Assembly (NCBI RefSeq): GCF_009914755.1
Contig: NC_060927.1
Reading direction: 5' to 3' (one strand)
Length of the DNA: 64,000 nucleotides
DNA from: the human T2T-CHM13v2.0 reference genome, Homo sapiens
Made by a program: the position numbers and the translations under genes. Below the pieces are notes generated by a model. The model was not told the DNA's origin and made no database searches. It saw only the letters and a list, made by a program, of their open reading frames with translations. Positions 14,004-27,688 of this stretch are shown here, in pieces (positions within the stretch are counted from its first letter, which is position 1; each line of letters starts with the position of its first letter).

Positions 14004-14345
14004 TGTATTAGGACTCTTAGTTGCAAATAACAGGATACTAAACTCCAACTAATTTTAATAGAGGGGGTTGATTGGGTCTCATAACGGAAAATTGCACACT
14101 CAGGTCTTGCTTCAAGCCCAGCTAGAGGCAGGGACGTATGCTTTTCTCTCCAGACTGTCTCACTGGGCTCTTTTCCTCTGTGTCGGCCCCTTTCTCAGGC
14201 TGATTCAATGAATGTAAGGTAAGAGGACCACTGGCAGGTCTCATCTTACATTTGGGCAGCTTCCAAACCCAGCCGCATTCTGGATCAGAAACAATTCTGG
14301 GGCTGATTCTGTTTCGTCCATCTTGAGCCTCACACCCACCCCTGT
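14004..14345 (-). mobile_element. MLT1K/L-like MaLR LTR
   Basis: TGTATTAGGACTCTTAGTTGCAAATAACAG...GCTTCAAGCCCAGCTAGAGGCAGGGAC...TTTCTCAGGCTG. Confidence 0.6.
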
Positions 14346-14629
14346 GGAATTCTCTTAGGTACTAATGATGTGTTTCAGAACCTACCAAGAATTGTAGTTA
14401 GATTCTAGCATAATTTATTTTAATGAAAACACTTGCTCTAAAGAAAGTGTGCAAGATGGCATGCCAAGTTACATAGCTCAACTTTCCAGAAACTCTGCCT
14501 TTCTCTTAAGCTATTTTCCCATACATAGCTTGCCTTTTCAATCCCAAATTTACCAAAAGTATAATCTATATTTACTTATTCCCCTCTCTTGCTGTAACCT
14601 TCCTGCCTTCTAATTTCACTTCTCTATAA

Positions 14630-15870
<1,241 letters not shown>

Positions 15871-16267
15871 AGACAACAGCGTTGTTCATCGTTTTTTCTG
15901 GTGCTCCTCCTTCTATTTTATATTTTAGTTTTATATTTTTGTGTTAGGATAATCTTTACACAATGGTGCTCCTCCTTCTAAACACATGGTGGATTGCACG
16001 CTTCTTCCCTTGTTGTATCCAGCAGAGTTATGTGGCTTGCTTTGGTGAACAAATATAAGTGCAATTGACACGCATCACTTCTGGGCAGAAGCTTTAAGAT
16101 CTTGCATGAAACAGGCTATTTTTTCATTTTTCTCTGCTAGAAAGTCAGCAATACTCCAGAGAATAGTTTCTCTGACAATCTAGAGTAAAGAGGATATGGA
16201 CCAGAGACCCTACCCAAACCATCATGGACATGTAGCATGAGCAAGAAATGAACATTGGTTGTGTTTG

Positions 16268-17010
16268 TGTAATAAAAAGTCTGTCTGGGCACAGTGGTTT
16301 ATGCCTGTAATGACAACGTTTTGGGAGGTTGAGGTGAGCAGATTGCTTTAACCCAAGAGTCTGAGACCAGCCTGGGCAATATGGCAAAACTCTGTCTGTA
16401 CAAAAAAATACAAAAATTAGCCATGCGTGGTGGCATGTGCCTGTGGTCCCAGGTATTTGGTAGGCTGAGGCAGGAGGATCACTTCAGCCCAGGAGGTTGA
16501 GGCTGTAGTGAACCATGATCATGTCACTGCACTCTGGCCTGGGAGACAGAGGGAGACCCTGTCTCAAAATAAAAAGAAATAAAATTAAAATTAAATAAAT
16601 TAATAAAGATTAAAAAGTCTGACTCCATGTCTTGAAGTTGGACTGCGGATATTTTTAAAACCATGCCCTTCCTTCTTCCCTTCTGCCACACATCTGACCA
16701 AATTGATTAACAAATCTTGGCGCTCCCTTCTTTGATAACAGAGAGTGGTTGAAACCCTGCAAACACCTTTCTCCATGAAGGAACACTCACCCTGACCCCA
16801 CCCCAACCACCTTAGGCCAATCTCACTTTCTTACTTTCTCCAAGCCATTTTCAGACCAGTGTGGGAGGCCTACCATATTCTCCCCAGAAAGTCTCACTAT
16901 GCAATAAACCTTCTCATACCTTCTTGGAATGTGTGCGGTGTCATCATTCTTGATACTGGAATCAAAATGTGGGTGGAGGTCTGTCCTACTTCTGAGAAAT
17001 AGCCCCAATA
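16268..17010 (+). mobile_element. ERVL solo LTR (MER54/MER73-like) containing an AluJ
   Basis: TGTAATAAAAAGTCTGACTCCAT..., AATAAA at about 16903, near-TSD GTTTG/ATTTG. Confidence 0.6.
16283..16610 (+). mobile_element. AluJ
   Basis: GGAGGATCACTTCAGCCCAGGAGGTTGAGGCTG J-type right arm. TSD TAAAAAGTCT (16273 / 16611). Confidence 0.95.
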
Positions 17011-17166
17011 ATTTGTAATTTGGAAATGTCTGTTACTTTCGGAGCTATAATGACTGGCGTACTGAAAAAGTTTGATATCTTAATCTGTGTATTTATTACA
17101 TTGGTTTGTTCAATTTGTGAAAATTAATTGATCTTTACACCTAGGATTTATGCATTTTTATGCATA

Positions 17167-17488
17167 AAGAAGTGCCCCCCCCACCTCTGGTTTTGCTTTC
17201 CATGGTTTCAGTTACCCATAGTACAGTACAGTATGAAATTCTGAGGCACAGAACAAACAAGGGATCAGGTTCACATAACTTTTATTACAGTATATTGTTA
17301 CAATTATTATATTTTATGATTAGTTATTGTTGTTAATCTCTTACTGTGCCTAATTTACAAATGAAACTTTATCATAGATATGTATGCATGAAAAAACATA
17401 GCCTATATAGAGTTTGGTACCATCTGCAGTTTCAGGCACCCACTGGGGTCTTGGAATATATCCCGTATGGATAAGGAGGGACTAATTT
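17167..17488 (+). mobile_element. MER44A (Tigger7 derivative)
   Basis: GCTTTCCATGGTTTCAGTTACCC...TTCACATAACTTTTATTACAGTATATTGTTA...GGATAAGGAGGGACTA. Confidence 0.85.
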
Positions 17489-17662
17489 ATGCATACTCAC
17501 TAAAAAGATTAATTTTAAAACTTTATTGGTACTATTCTTACATACTCTCAACTTTGTCTTCTTTATCACTATCTGAACATATTTATTGAAATGAGGGTAG
17601 TGTGTGAGTACGTATTTACATAACGGAATGGAGTTAGTAATAGAAGAACAAAACAGACACTA

Positions 17663-18474
17663 TTTTTTTTTAACTTTTATTTCAGGTTCGGGGGTACATG
17701 TGAAGGTTTATTACATAGGTAAACTCGTGTCACAGGGGTTTGTTGTACAGATTATTTCATGACCCAGGTATTAAGCCCAGTTTGCAATAGTTATCTTTTC
17801 TGATCCTCTCCCTTCTCCCACCCTCCACCCTCAAGTAGACACCAGTGTCTGTTGTTTCCTTCTTTGTGTTCATAAGTTCTCATGATTTAGCTACCACTCA
17901 TAAATGAGAACATGAGGTATTTGGTTTTCTGTTCCTAGGTTAGTTTGTCTAGGAAAAGAGCCTCCAGATCCATCTATGTTCCCACAAAAGACATGAACTC
18001 TTTCTTTGTTACGGCTGTATAGTATTCCACAGTGTATATGTACCACATTGCCTTTATCCAGTCTGTCACTGATGGGCATTTAGGTTGATTCCATGTCTTT
18101 GCTATTGTGAATAGTGCTGCAATGAACATTTGTTGCATTTGTTCTTATGGTAGAATGATTTATATTCCTCTGAGTATATACCCAGTATTGGGATTGCTGG
18201 ATCAAATGGTAGTTCTGTTTTCAGCTCTTTGAGGAATCACCACACTGCTTTCCACAATGGTTGAACTAATTTACATTACCACCAACAGTGTATAAGTGTT
18301 CCCTTTTCTCCGCAACCTCTCTGGCATGTCATCTTTTGACTTTTTAATTATAGCCATTCTGACTAGTGTGAGATGGTGTCTCACTGTGGTTTTAATTTGC
18401 ATTTCTCTAACGATCAGTGATATTGAATTTTTTTCATAAGCTTGTTGGCTCCATGTATGTCTTCTTTTGAAAAG
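17663..18474 (-). mobile_element. 5'-truncated L1PA15/16-like LINE-1
   Basis: Poly-T, then GGGGGTACATGTGAAGGTTT..ACATAGGTAAACTCGTGTCACAGGGG 3' UTR and the ORF2 end. Degenerate TSD CAGACACTATTT/CAGACATTCTTT. Confidence 0.9.
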
Positions 18475-18654
18475 CAGACATTCTTTACAAAGCTAATTAT
18501 GAAGCAAGACAGAATTATGTAAATGTTAAATAGAAATACAAATAATATCTTCCTGTAATTGCAGAATGAAAATATCAGGTAAAGCTTCAGAGGGAAGGTG
18601 ACATTTTTTATATTGTATTAGTCAGACTAGGTGAGATTATGCTGTGCTCGTATA

Positions 18655-19645
18655 GACACTACCCTGATTTTTATTACCATTACCATTAGTAAGTTTTGCC
18701 TATCTTTGGACTTCATATAAATGAAACCCTATAGTAAGTATTCTTTTGTGTGTGGCTTTTCTCAAGCAGCATTACATTTATGCGATTCATCCATTTTGCT
18801 GCATATATCTGCAGTACATTCCTTTTCATTACTCCATTGTATACCATTGTCTGAATATACCATAATTCATTTTGCTATATTCCTGTTGATGAACAATTGG
18901 GTTGTTTCCAGTTTGGGGATAGTATGAATAATGCTGCTGTGAACATGTTTTTTTAAAAAACATATTAATGCATTTCTAATAGTTATATATCTAGAAGTGA
19001 AATCATTTGGCATAGCATATATGTATGTTCTGGTTTAGGAGATACTGCCAAACTGTTCTCTAAAGCAATGGTACCAACTTACAATTTCACCAGAAGTGTA
19101 AGTTACTCTATATCCTTGCCACGCCTTGTTATTGTCACTCATTTTAATATTAGCCATTCTGATGAGGATACAGTGAAATCACATTTATATTTCCCTGATG
19201 ACTTTTAATATTTATTAGCTACTGGGTGACTTCTTTTATAACTTCCCTGCTAAGCCTTTTGCACATTTTCTACTGAAATGTCTTTTTCTTATTGACATAT
19301 AGAAGTTCCTTAAATATTCTGGCTATGAGTCCTTTGTGGGTTCTATGCATTGCAAATATATCCTCCCATTTTGTGGCTTGCCTTTTAAATCACTTAATGA
19401 TGTCTTGAATGACAGAAATTTTTAATTTTACTGAAGTTCAGCATGTCAATCTTTTCCTTTATTGTTAGCATTTTTTTGTATCCTGTTTAAAAAATATTTT
19501 TCAACTCCAAAGTTACCAAGATAATTTCCTATGTTCTATGATTTTTATTGCTTTTCATTTCACATTTAGTTCTATAATCCACCTAGAATTACTTTTTTAG
19601 TATGGTGTGAGGTAGGGATCAAGGTTCATTTTTTACATATATATC
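18655..19645 (-). mobile_element. Old L1M (MC/ME-like) 3' portion
   Basis: CTTCATATAAATG...TTGTTTCCAGTTTGGGGATAGTATGAATAATGCTGCTGTGAACAT...TATGGTGTGAGGTAGGG. Confidence 0.8.
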
Positions 19646-19924
19646 TAATGTATATGCACATTGAAACTCAGTGTAATTTGATCCATTAAATAAATTAATT
19701 CCCAAATCTGAAATTCCCTGAGGTTATATTATTTTTTAGGTTTCTAAACCACTGACTGTAAGGTGGAATCCACCACTAAAAACCCCTCATGGTTTCCTAA
19801 AATAACTTTACTGGTAGAGGTGGGGATAGACCATTATGCATAGTTATCGCCACTGCTAAAGACTATCAGGCTGAAATCTCCTTCCTAACCAGAAATTTCA
19901 AAATTTTGAGGAAATAATTTTTGT

Positions 19925-20945
19925 CAAGCAGAGATTCTCTCCCCACAGCTACAGAAGCTGTGAATGTGCTGGGTAATCAGCACATCTCATAGTCTCACCC
20001 AAGGCCCATGGCATAGTCCCTAGGTATTGCTGTTGGTTATTCAGGGCCCAAGACCTCTTTAGTTATAAGGTGATGGATCCTGCAAGGACTGGGTCCTTCC
20101 CTTCAAGGCGGTGAGTTCCCTTCTGGCCCAGGGTATGTCTGGAAATGCTGTCCAGGAGCTAGAGCCTGGAACTGGGGCCTCATGACTCTGACCAGTGCCC
20201 TATCCTACTGTGGCTAAGCTGGTATCTAAGATATAAGACAAAAGTCCTCCTTACTTTTCCTTCTCTTCTCTTTCAGTGAAAGGAAGGGGTCTCTTTTGAG
20301 GCTGAGAGCTGTTTCACCTGGGGTTGGGGGAGTAGTGGTATGAGCACTTCCTTAGCTTCCCCAGGTGGTGTCTCAGTAAGTCATGTGCCCCCAAGTCCAC
20401 TGGCTCTGAGCCTGTTCAGCACTAGGACTTGCAGTACTTGTAGCCTAGACTGTCTTTCAAATTTATTTAGGGCCCCAAAGCACTTCAGCCCATTGTGGTG
20501 AGGCTTGCTAAAACTCAAGTTCCAGCCACTGGGGTAGATGATTCCCCTCTGGCTAGGGCTGGTTTAAATACTCCCTCCACGGCCAGGCATCAGCTGAGTT
20601 CAGACAGGTTTTGCTTTCCACTGTGACAGGACAGCACTGAATTCAATGCATAGTCTCATGATTACTGCAGTCTCCTTCTTTCAAGCACACAGGTTTATCC
20701 ATGCCATGCAGCCATTACAGGATGGGGTAGGGGTGGTGTCAATGATTCAATAGGGTCTTTCCCACTCTCTTCAGTGCCTCTTTCAAAGTTATGAAGTTAA
20801 AACCAAGTACTGTGAGTAATCACCTGATTTCTGGTAAGTCTTACAAAGGAGCTTTTTATAGCTGTTGAATTTGGTGTTCCTGGGAGGAGGGAGGGTAGGG
20901 AGATGATTGGTGGGGCCTTCTATTCCACGTTCTTGCTCTGCCCCT
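19925..20945 (-). mobile_element. L1M1/L1MA-type 5' UTR fragment
   Basis: TCTCACCCAAGGCCC...CCTTCAAGGCGGTGAGTTCCCTTCTGGCCCAGGG...CTACTGTGGCTAAGCTGGTA. Ends near the L1 5' terminus CTTCTATTCCACGTTCTTG. Confidence 0.75.
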
Positions 20946-22519
20946 TTGTCCCCAAAAGCACACTTTGAAAAATCAATAACATCTTTAATGTTAAGGTTTT
21001 TCCAGAGATGGACGGAGTTAAATAAATAGGTAATAAACATGCCAGCTGTGAAATTAAAGAGATATGTGTTCCGTGGTTACATTCTTATATTATCATAGTG
21101 AGATTGCTTTGGGGTGTCACTTCCAAGATGAATTTTTCATTTGACTCTATATACTCTATATCTCCTTGGGCAAAAAAAAAGCCTGTCTAATTTAATAGGC
21201 CTTTAATGATACAGTAGGAAAAGAAAGAAGAATTATAGTTCATTAAAAATAAGTCAATATTAAGATTATAAAATCTTTTCAACTTTAATTGTTATACTAA
21301 GAGGGACCAAAGGCCATATTTCTAAAGACTCAGCTTTATGCAGACACAAGATGAATGTAGCTGTCATAAGAACTAAAGACAACAACTTTTACATTTTATT
21401 CTACATAAATTCCAGGGATTACTGTTAACTTATTTAGCTAAGGTAGGCAAAAAGGTTTTTCTCAGAGAGTGAAAAAGACTGACCACTTCAAATAAGAGAA
21501 CTTACTTTTATTTTTTTCCTAGAAGTCACTTTTGAAAGATTTTATAGCTTACTTGATTTGATCCCCACCTCCCCACCAAAATATATCAGGATTACCAACA
21601 CCTACTTGATGATCAGTTTCAAAGATGGGGCCAAGAATATCTGAGCTGTGGAGACCTTAATGGGTATGCAAATCTCTCTTCCTTCAAAAATGTGTCTTGA
21701 TATATAGAGTAAAGTAAGGATAACAGTAACTATTCATTCAGCTTTTCCAGAGCCCCACCAAACAGGGGATTTCCTGAAAGTGTGGTTAAGGTTTTTCTTG
21801 GCTAATGGGCTTGAAAGGGGTGAGATTCCTTGGCCCTATTTGGCTTGTGGGACAAGAATTTAAATATTGTTTAGGGGCTTCATAGAATGCTTCCTCAATG
21901 ATGTTTAAATTAGAGGCATTTAATCTTGTTCCAAACTGTAAACTGGACATATATGAGCAAAGGTAGTAATTAACCTGGGTAAAAGTCCATTTATTAACAG
22001 CTCCCCTCCTCCATTTGCACCCCATCTCCCAAGAAAGAAACCAATCACAACACAAGAAGCCTTCTCAGAACCAAACAGAATACCAAGATGGCTTTCTGTG
22101 ATTGTGGGCAAAGAAATGTCTATGATAAGTCTAGAGAGGAAAAAATCTAAGGCTCTAAGCCACTCACTGAGTTTAGCAGTGACAGGTCTGGAAGTTGGTG
22201 TCTGAAAGCTGAGATCCAGTGACAGCAGGCTACCTGCACCAACACCCTTCACCCCCGACCCACAGGCTGGCCCTACCCTCTTCTCTCAATGCATAAAATT
22301 ATCGCAAGTAAAATTGAAGTCTTATTGCCTAAAAACTATTTAGTGAGAGAGAGCTTTATTGTTAGCTTTTAAATTGATGTTTCAACTACTTGGCTACTGT
22401 GGTGAAAACGTCCTATATAGTTTTGTATGCACCTCTATACCACAAAACGATTTTTTTCATGCACTAAGTTACTTAAAACTTCTTTAATTAATTTTATTTT
22501 GTTAAAGTATCTTCTAATC

Positions 22520-22607
22520 TCTTAAGGACTAAAAATCACTAAAATTTTAGTCTTAAGGACTAAAAATCACTAAAAAATTCTAGGGCTACTAATGGGTAGC
22601 CCTAGAA
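22520..22607. repeat. 25-bp direct duplication with inverted junction, plus a perfect 12-bp inverted repeat
   Basis: TCTTAAGGACTAAAAATCACTAAAA at 22520 and 22551. TTCTAGGGCTAC (22578-22589) / GTAGCCCTAGAA (22596-22607). Confidence 0.95.
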
Positions 22608-22714
22608 CTATATTTGCCTTCAAAATTAGAAAGGAAATATGGATAACATTTTTCACTCAAGACTTGTGAAGCATTAATACTGAATACTGGAGCACTACAA
22701 GTAACATACTATTA

Positions 22715-22860
22715 AATTTCAGGCAAGCCACTTAACCTCTCTGCCCCTTTCTCCATCTGGAAATTCGGGAGATAAGTAGCCCACATCAACAATACTGTTT
22801 CAAAGACAAACTGGTACAAGATTGGAAAGCACTTTACAAATATTAAGTGCTCTGTAATTA
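22715..22860 (+). mobile_element. MIR (MIR3/MIRc-like)
   Basis: GGCAAGCCACTTAACCTCTCTG...TCTCCATCTGGAAA...GAAAGCACTTT. Confidence 0.65.
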
Positions 22861-23379
22861 CTTCTTGTTGTGACAAACTCTATTTTCAGTCCTGTCCAGG
22901 AAACAACAAAGAAATACCCCCTGACTTCTAATCTGAATTGAATAGTACAATCTGGACAAAAATACAGCAGGAAGGGAAATTAGTCTTAAGTAGATCTTTG
23001 GCTACTGTGAAAATTGCACTTCTAGGGAGAAATTTGAAGAAAGAAATTTTGATATATTGAAAGGGGTTATGAAATCACAAATAATGCTACACCAGTAACT
23101 GATTCTTTTCTTTCTTTTTATGCAGCCCAACACAAATCTCCTCAAAAATTCTAACTTGAAATGGATACTACAGCTAGGGTAGATATTTTGTTTAAGAAAT
23201 TTAAGTCATTGCTACAAGAACAGAGTAGAATTATCCTGTTTCTATCCTGAAGTTTCACAAATTTGAACCTTGAAAGAGTTTAGTTCACATATAAAATTTT
23301 CTTGCTTATGAAGGTTGTTAAACTGACAAGTTATTTAGCCAACAAGGTAGCCTTAATAAAACATTGTATTCTCAACTGT

Positions 23380-23820
23380 TTAATTAACCAATTAATCAAC
23401 AAATGTTTATTGACCACCTACCACTATGTGTAAGCTCTTATGTGCGATACAATTTAAAAAAAGAAAAAAACGAAAGATAATAGTTCTTGCTTTTAAGAGT
23501 TCTGAATCTAATTGGACAGATAAGACATATACATGAGACGAGATAAGTGGCACCACCATGCTGTCATTGATATGGGCCAAATGACTAGTTCAGACTGTAA
23601 GTGGGAGACCAAGGGGACAAACAGCTCTGGGCTAGGGTGGTCAGGGAAGGCTGAACAGGCAGGATAAGCACAGAATCTTGGTGGACTGGAGCAGCAGAGT
23701 GGCAGAGTCGGGAATGGAATGGTAAATAGGTGTTTAAGAGTAGGAAAAATGTTTGCGAGAAGAGGAAAACGAATTTGAAGATGGCTGGGTGAAGCAATGA
23801 AAATCAAAGTATAGGCAAAC
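23380..23820 (-). mobile_element. L2 3' portion
   Basis: TCAACAAATGTTTATTGACCACCTAC...GTTCTTGCTTTTAAGAGTT...GGTCAGGGAAGGCT. Confidence 0.65.
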
Positions 23821-23835
23821 TGTACCCTTTTTCTG

Positions 23836-23874
<39 letters not shown>

Positions 23875-23898
23875 GTGTGTGTGTGTGTGAGAGAGAGA
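23836..23898. repeat. Self-complementary compound microsatellite (TC)n(AC)n(TG)8(AG)n
   Basis: Read directly from the sequence. 23840-23864 is the exact reverse complement of 23874-23898. Confidence 0.95.
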
Positions 23899-23964
23899 AA
23901 ATGTGCAGGGGTAAACGTGCCACAAGTTTAACCTTTAAATATTAAACAAATTTCTGTTTTCATT

Positions 23965-24092
23965 GTTTTTCCTCCCTCATCTGCCCCTGCCTCCTTCCCT
24001 CTCTCCTTCCTTTCTTTCTTCCCTTGCTTCCTCCCTCCCTCCCTTTTCTACCCCCTTTCTCTCTCTCCCTCTCTTCCTTCCTTCTTTCCTTT
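23965..24092 (+). repeat. CT-rich low-complexity tract
   Basis: About 125 bp of almost pure pyrimidine. Confidence 0.9.
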
Positions 24093-25546
24093 AGCCCTGG
24101 TCTACTTAGTAAGTGGAATACCTGTTACTTTCAACAGTCCTTGGACGCAAAAACTCAGAAATTCTCATGACTGCTTCTGAAAAATTCCAGGGCTTCTAGG
24201 TCTCCAGATTCCAGAATCCTATAAGAAAGGAGCTCAAGAAGCCACTTAGTTTAGCTCCTCTGAAAGAAGTTTGACATCGGACCCCTGCAACAACTTAACA
24301 GCTTTCTGGGCCACTCCCAATATAGCTTTGATGCTATTAGAAGAAAACAACTCTGGGAAATGTTCAACTTACTCTATTCAGAAATTAGATCTAAATCTCT
24401 CAGATCGTGATTGATTTTTTGCCATTTGTTAAATGTGTTATTACACATCAATGAAGTATTTTGGTAAAATGCTGACAGCCTCATGTTGAAGACCTAATTT
24501 CAAATTCAAGAGCAGGCTGCAGGTCAGCAGAAACTAGCTGCGTACATTGCACTGTCTTCCCCAGTGCTATCCGAGGGACATCAAGGGAGAACAGGAGAGG
24601 AGAGAAAAGGGAAGGAAGGAAGAGAATGCCTTGCATTAAGGACTCGCATAGGAAATTACCCAAAATGTAAGTTGAGGTGCTAAAGAGTTCGTGTTGACTC
24701 TTTTAGATTCTTGATACGTTATATTCACAAATAGCAGCTGTGTCAACTTGCTGGGCATTGAAGTAAGGGGAACCGTAGGGAACAGACACGTACATGCACA
24801 CCAGTTACCACCAACATACATTATACATACAGAAGATTCCAATTTAGAAAATGAAGGAACTAACATTCATTTCTAGAATAACAGAAAACTATAATTCACT
24901 GAACAATAGGGCAGTCATTTTTATAATCATTTTGTTGTAATAATTGTGTTCTTCAATGTAAGCATTTTTCATAAACTATATCTTTTGCTTCCCAAACAAA
25001 GCATTTCAATCATCAAAGTAGGTCGTTGTGGCTTTGAGGACAATTTACAAATTGGCTCGACTCTGGAGAAAACTTTTGAAGAAAACTCTGTAACGTATAG
25101 AAGCCTTTAAAATTGAACTTTATTTGGATTTGTGGCATTTGGAAAAGTGGTCTATAAAAAAATCTGGAATTAGGCCCTATCATATCCATAATCTTTGGGG
25201 AAAACTAAGGACATTATTATAAATTAACATTTCTTTCTATGAATTTACTGGAATTATGAGCAGTTTTTATTCTCTTAGAAAAATTCGACACACAGCTATT
25301 CATTAAACTAAAATAGAAAAATCAAGATTGTTGCATTCGATCAAGCAGTAATTTTATTTTAAAAACCTAATAAAAAACAATTTGCTCTGAAGAACTTTGG
25401 CTATTATGTTACTTTTGAAGAATAAAAATAGTCAACATATTAATTTCTGTATCAATCTTTTCTTCAAGATGCTTATTTGCCCTAGTATACTCATTTTCTT
25501 GCTGCAAGAGATTGAGGTTGAGGTTCTCCACACATCTAGACTTGAT

Positions 25547-25614
25547 CCTCTCTCTCTGTCTCCTCTCTCTCTCTCCCCCTCTCCAGCTCTGTCTCCCCTC
25601 CCCCTTTCTCTCTT
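25547..25614 (+). repeat. (CT)-rich simple repeat
   Basis: CCTCTCTCTCTGTCTCCTCTCTCTCTCTCCCCCTCTCC... Confidence 0.85.
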
Positions 25615-27279
25615 GGCAATTCTCCTGAAATGCCTAAAGCAAAAGGGGGTTATTGATGTCTTCCAGGACTTTAACTGCAAGAACAGCTTTATCTCCTAGG
25701 CAGACAGATACTACACAAATGTTTGGTTTGCTGCATATCACACAGTTAACAAGGTTCTTATAGGTTCAAGGAAAATAGATTGTAAGACTTTGCCAGGAGG
25801 ACTTAACATTCTGGAAAACAAATGAACAGATAATTCTGAAGAAACTGAAATTTTAAAAAATAACCAGTAGTTAGACATAATCCTACAAAAAGAGATAGAG
25901 TGAGAGTTTTTTTAAAAAAGATGAGAATAAATGTAAAAGGCAACTAAAGAGGTTTTTTTAAATTCTTAATCAATAAGAACAACTATTCTTAGAAAATGGT
26001 CTGTGCATTGCAATTGCCCTTCTTTCTGATCTAACAATCCAATCTTTTTATTCCAAATTGTTTAAACTATAGGAAAACCTGATGACAATACCTCTTTCAT
26101 CAGACTTGCATGTTTCAGTTGAATGTTAAGTATATCTTTCAACTAAGCTTTAAACATGCAGTTCATCTGGAAGCTGGGCGGGTATCTCTTCCACGCTCTT
26201 TCCTTGCACTGCCACCAGGAAAAGAGATAATGAAGTGTCTTCATATGCTCATTGTGAGCATGTGTCCAGACTGCTTTTACTGACTTACCAATGGGCTTTA
26301 TTTGTGTGTAAGTTACAAGACTCTGACATTTACGACTCTCCAGGCAAATGAGAGCAAAAAGAAGAGGTTCTCAATCTTAAAGCTGTTTACCAGCTGCTGG
26401 AAAATGTCGGCTCTGGGCACCCACAATCCATACAAAATTCGAAGGTATTAGAGCTGTCCCTTCTTGTGTCAAACCATAAAACGCAAAAGCTGTACAATAG
26501 CTGCAATATATTGCCAAACTAAATTAACACATGAGGAAGAAACTACTGTACTTCTGTGAGAAATGGAGTCTTGAAAGGCCAGTTCTTTGCTCAGATCCCA
26601 CAAGTTAAAAGTGCTGAAAAGCAGGCATTGTGGTTATGGTTCCCCGCCATGTGATGTTTGTTGAATTCTCACTGGATATCCTAAAACACTTAAGCCTAAA
26701 GGGTTTAGGATGTCTACAGAGGCCGTAATTTGGAGACAACAACTTTATCTTTGTGGGAGATACAGGGTACAATACAAATGTTTGTTGAGTTCCTTCTCTC
26801 TTCCTTGACAAGGAGCTTATTAAACAGTTCTCAAGCAAATTTTATGGGAAAGTAAATGATTTCATGGAGAAGAATTCTCATGGCTTAGCATGCTAAAGCT
26901 AGAGGCTTCAGTCAGGTGACACTCCAGGTTTATAGGGAATTGAAGGCAAGTTGGAACGTAGTTCATCAAATGTCAATAAGGTATGAGAAGCATACTTGGA
27001 TGTGGGGCTTGAAGGAAGATGCCAAGAAATTGCAGACATGGGAATGGTCACACAGGTAGAGAGATAAACATGCCAGGTGAATGTAGAAGGTGAGAGGAGA
27101 GGTCACAGGGTACCTAGAAAGAGATTTTCTAATCCAAAGAATATTCTTCAGGTTGGAGAAATTTCTCTTATATTAAAGAGACTACTTGGGCCATAAGTGC
27201 TTAGGATGGATAGTCAGAATAATAGAATTTTCAAACTGCTAGGAATGTGACATATTTATAAAGCATACATATTTATAAA

Positions 27280-27688
27280 CCATCCTACCTCTGCTTTTGT
27301 TCTTCCAGGGCCTTCCCATTGCGTTTCAAATGAAATCCATGGTTTGGCCTTCCTTATGCCTCCACGTCCCTGCAGCATGTGGCCTTTCAGGCTTTGCCTC
27401 GGCCTGCTCTCCCTGGGGCCCCTCCCCCGTCAGTACTCAGGCTGACCTGTCTTGCCAGCCTCGGTGCCCCTGGCCATCATGCAGCTTCAGCCTAATGTTC
27501 TTTCTTCACCTTTCATTGGACTCACCATCATTGTGTTTATGTTTAGTCTATTTCCACTACACAGTGAGTTCCATAAGGTCAAAAACCATGTCTCTCTCAT
27601 TCTCCATTTTGCCATCAAGATGTATCATAATACCTGGCCTCTGGTAGTTGCTACACAAATACTTGTTCAACAGAAGAATACAAATGAG
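27280..27688 (+). mobile_element. L2 3' portion
   Basis: CTTCCAGGGCCTTCCCATTGC...GTGAGTTCCATAAGGTCAAAAACCATGTCT...AAATACTTGTT. Confidence 0.65.

Larger units (their letters stand above)
15940..17065 (+). mobile_element. MLT1J-like LTR, split by an ERVL LTR (pieces 15940-16267 and 17011-17065)
   Basis: CACTTCTGGGCAGAAGCTTTAAGA...GGACATGTAGCATGAGCAAGAAAT. Terminal segment resumes after 17010. Confidence 0.6.

Noticed and set aside
17270-17480. Long similarity to 38670-38890
   Set aside because: Two independent MER44A copies, not a local duplication
26245-26261. ATGCTCA-TTG-TGAGCAT inverted repeat
   Set aside because: 7-bp arms are expected by chance in 64 kb
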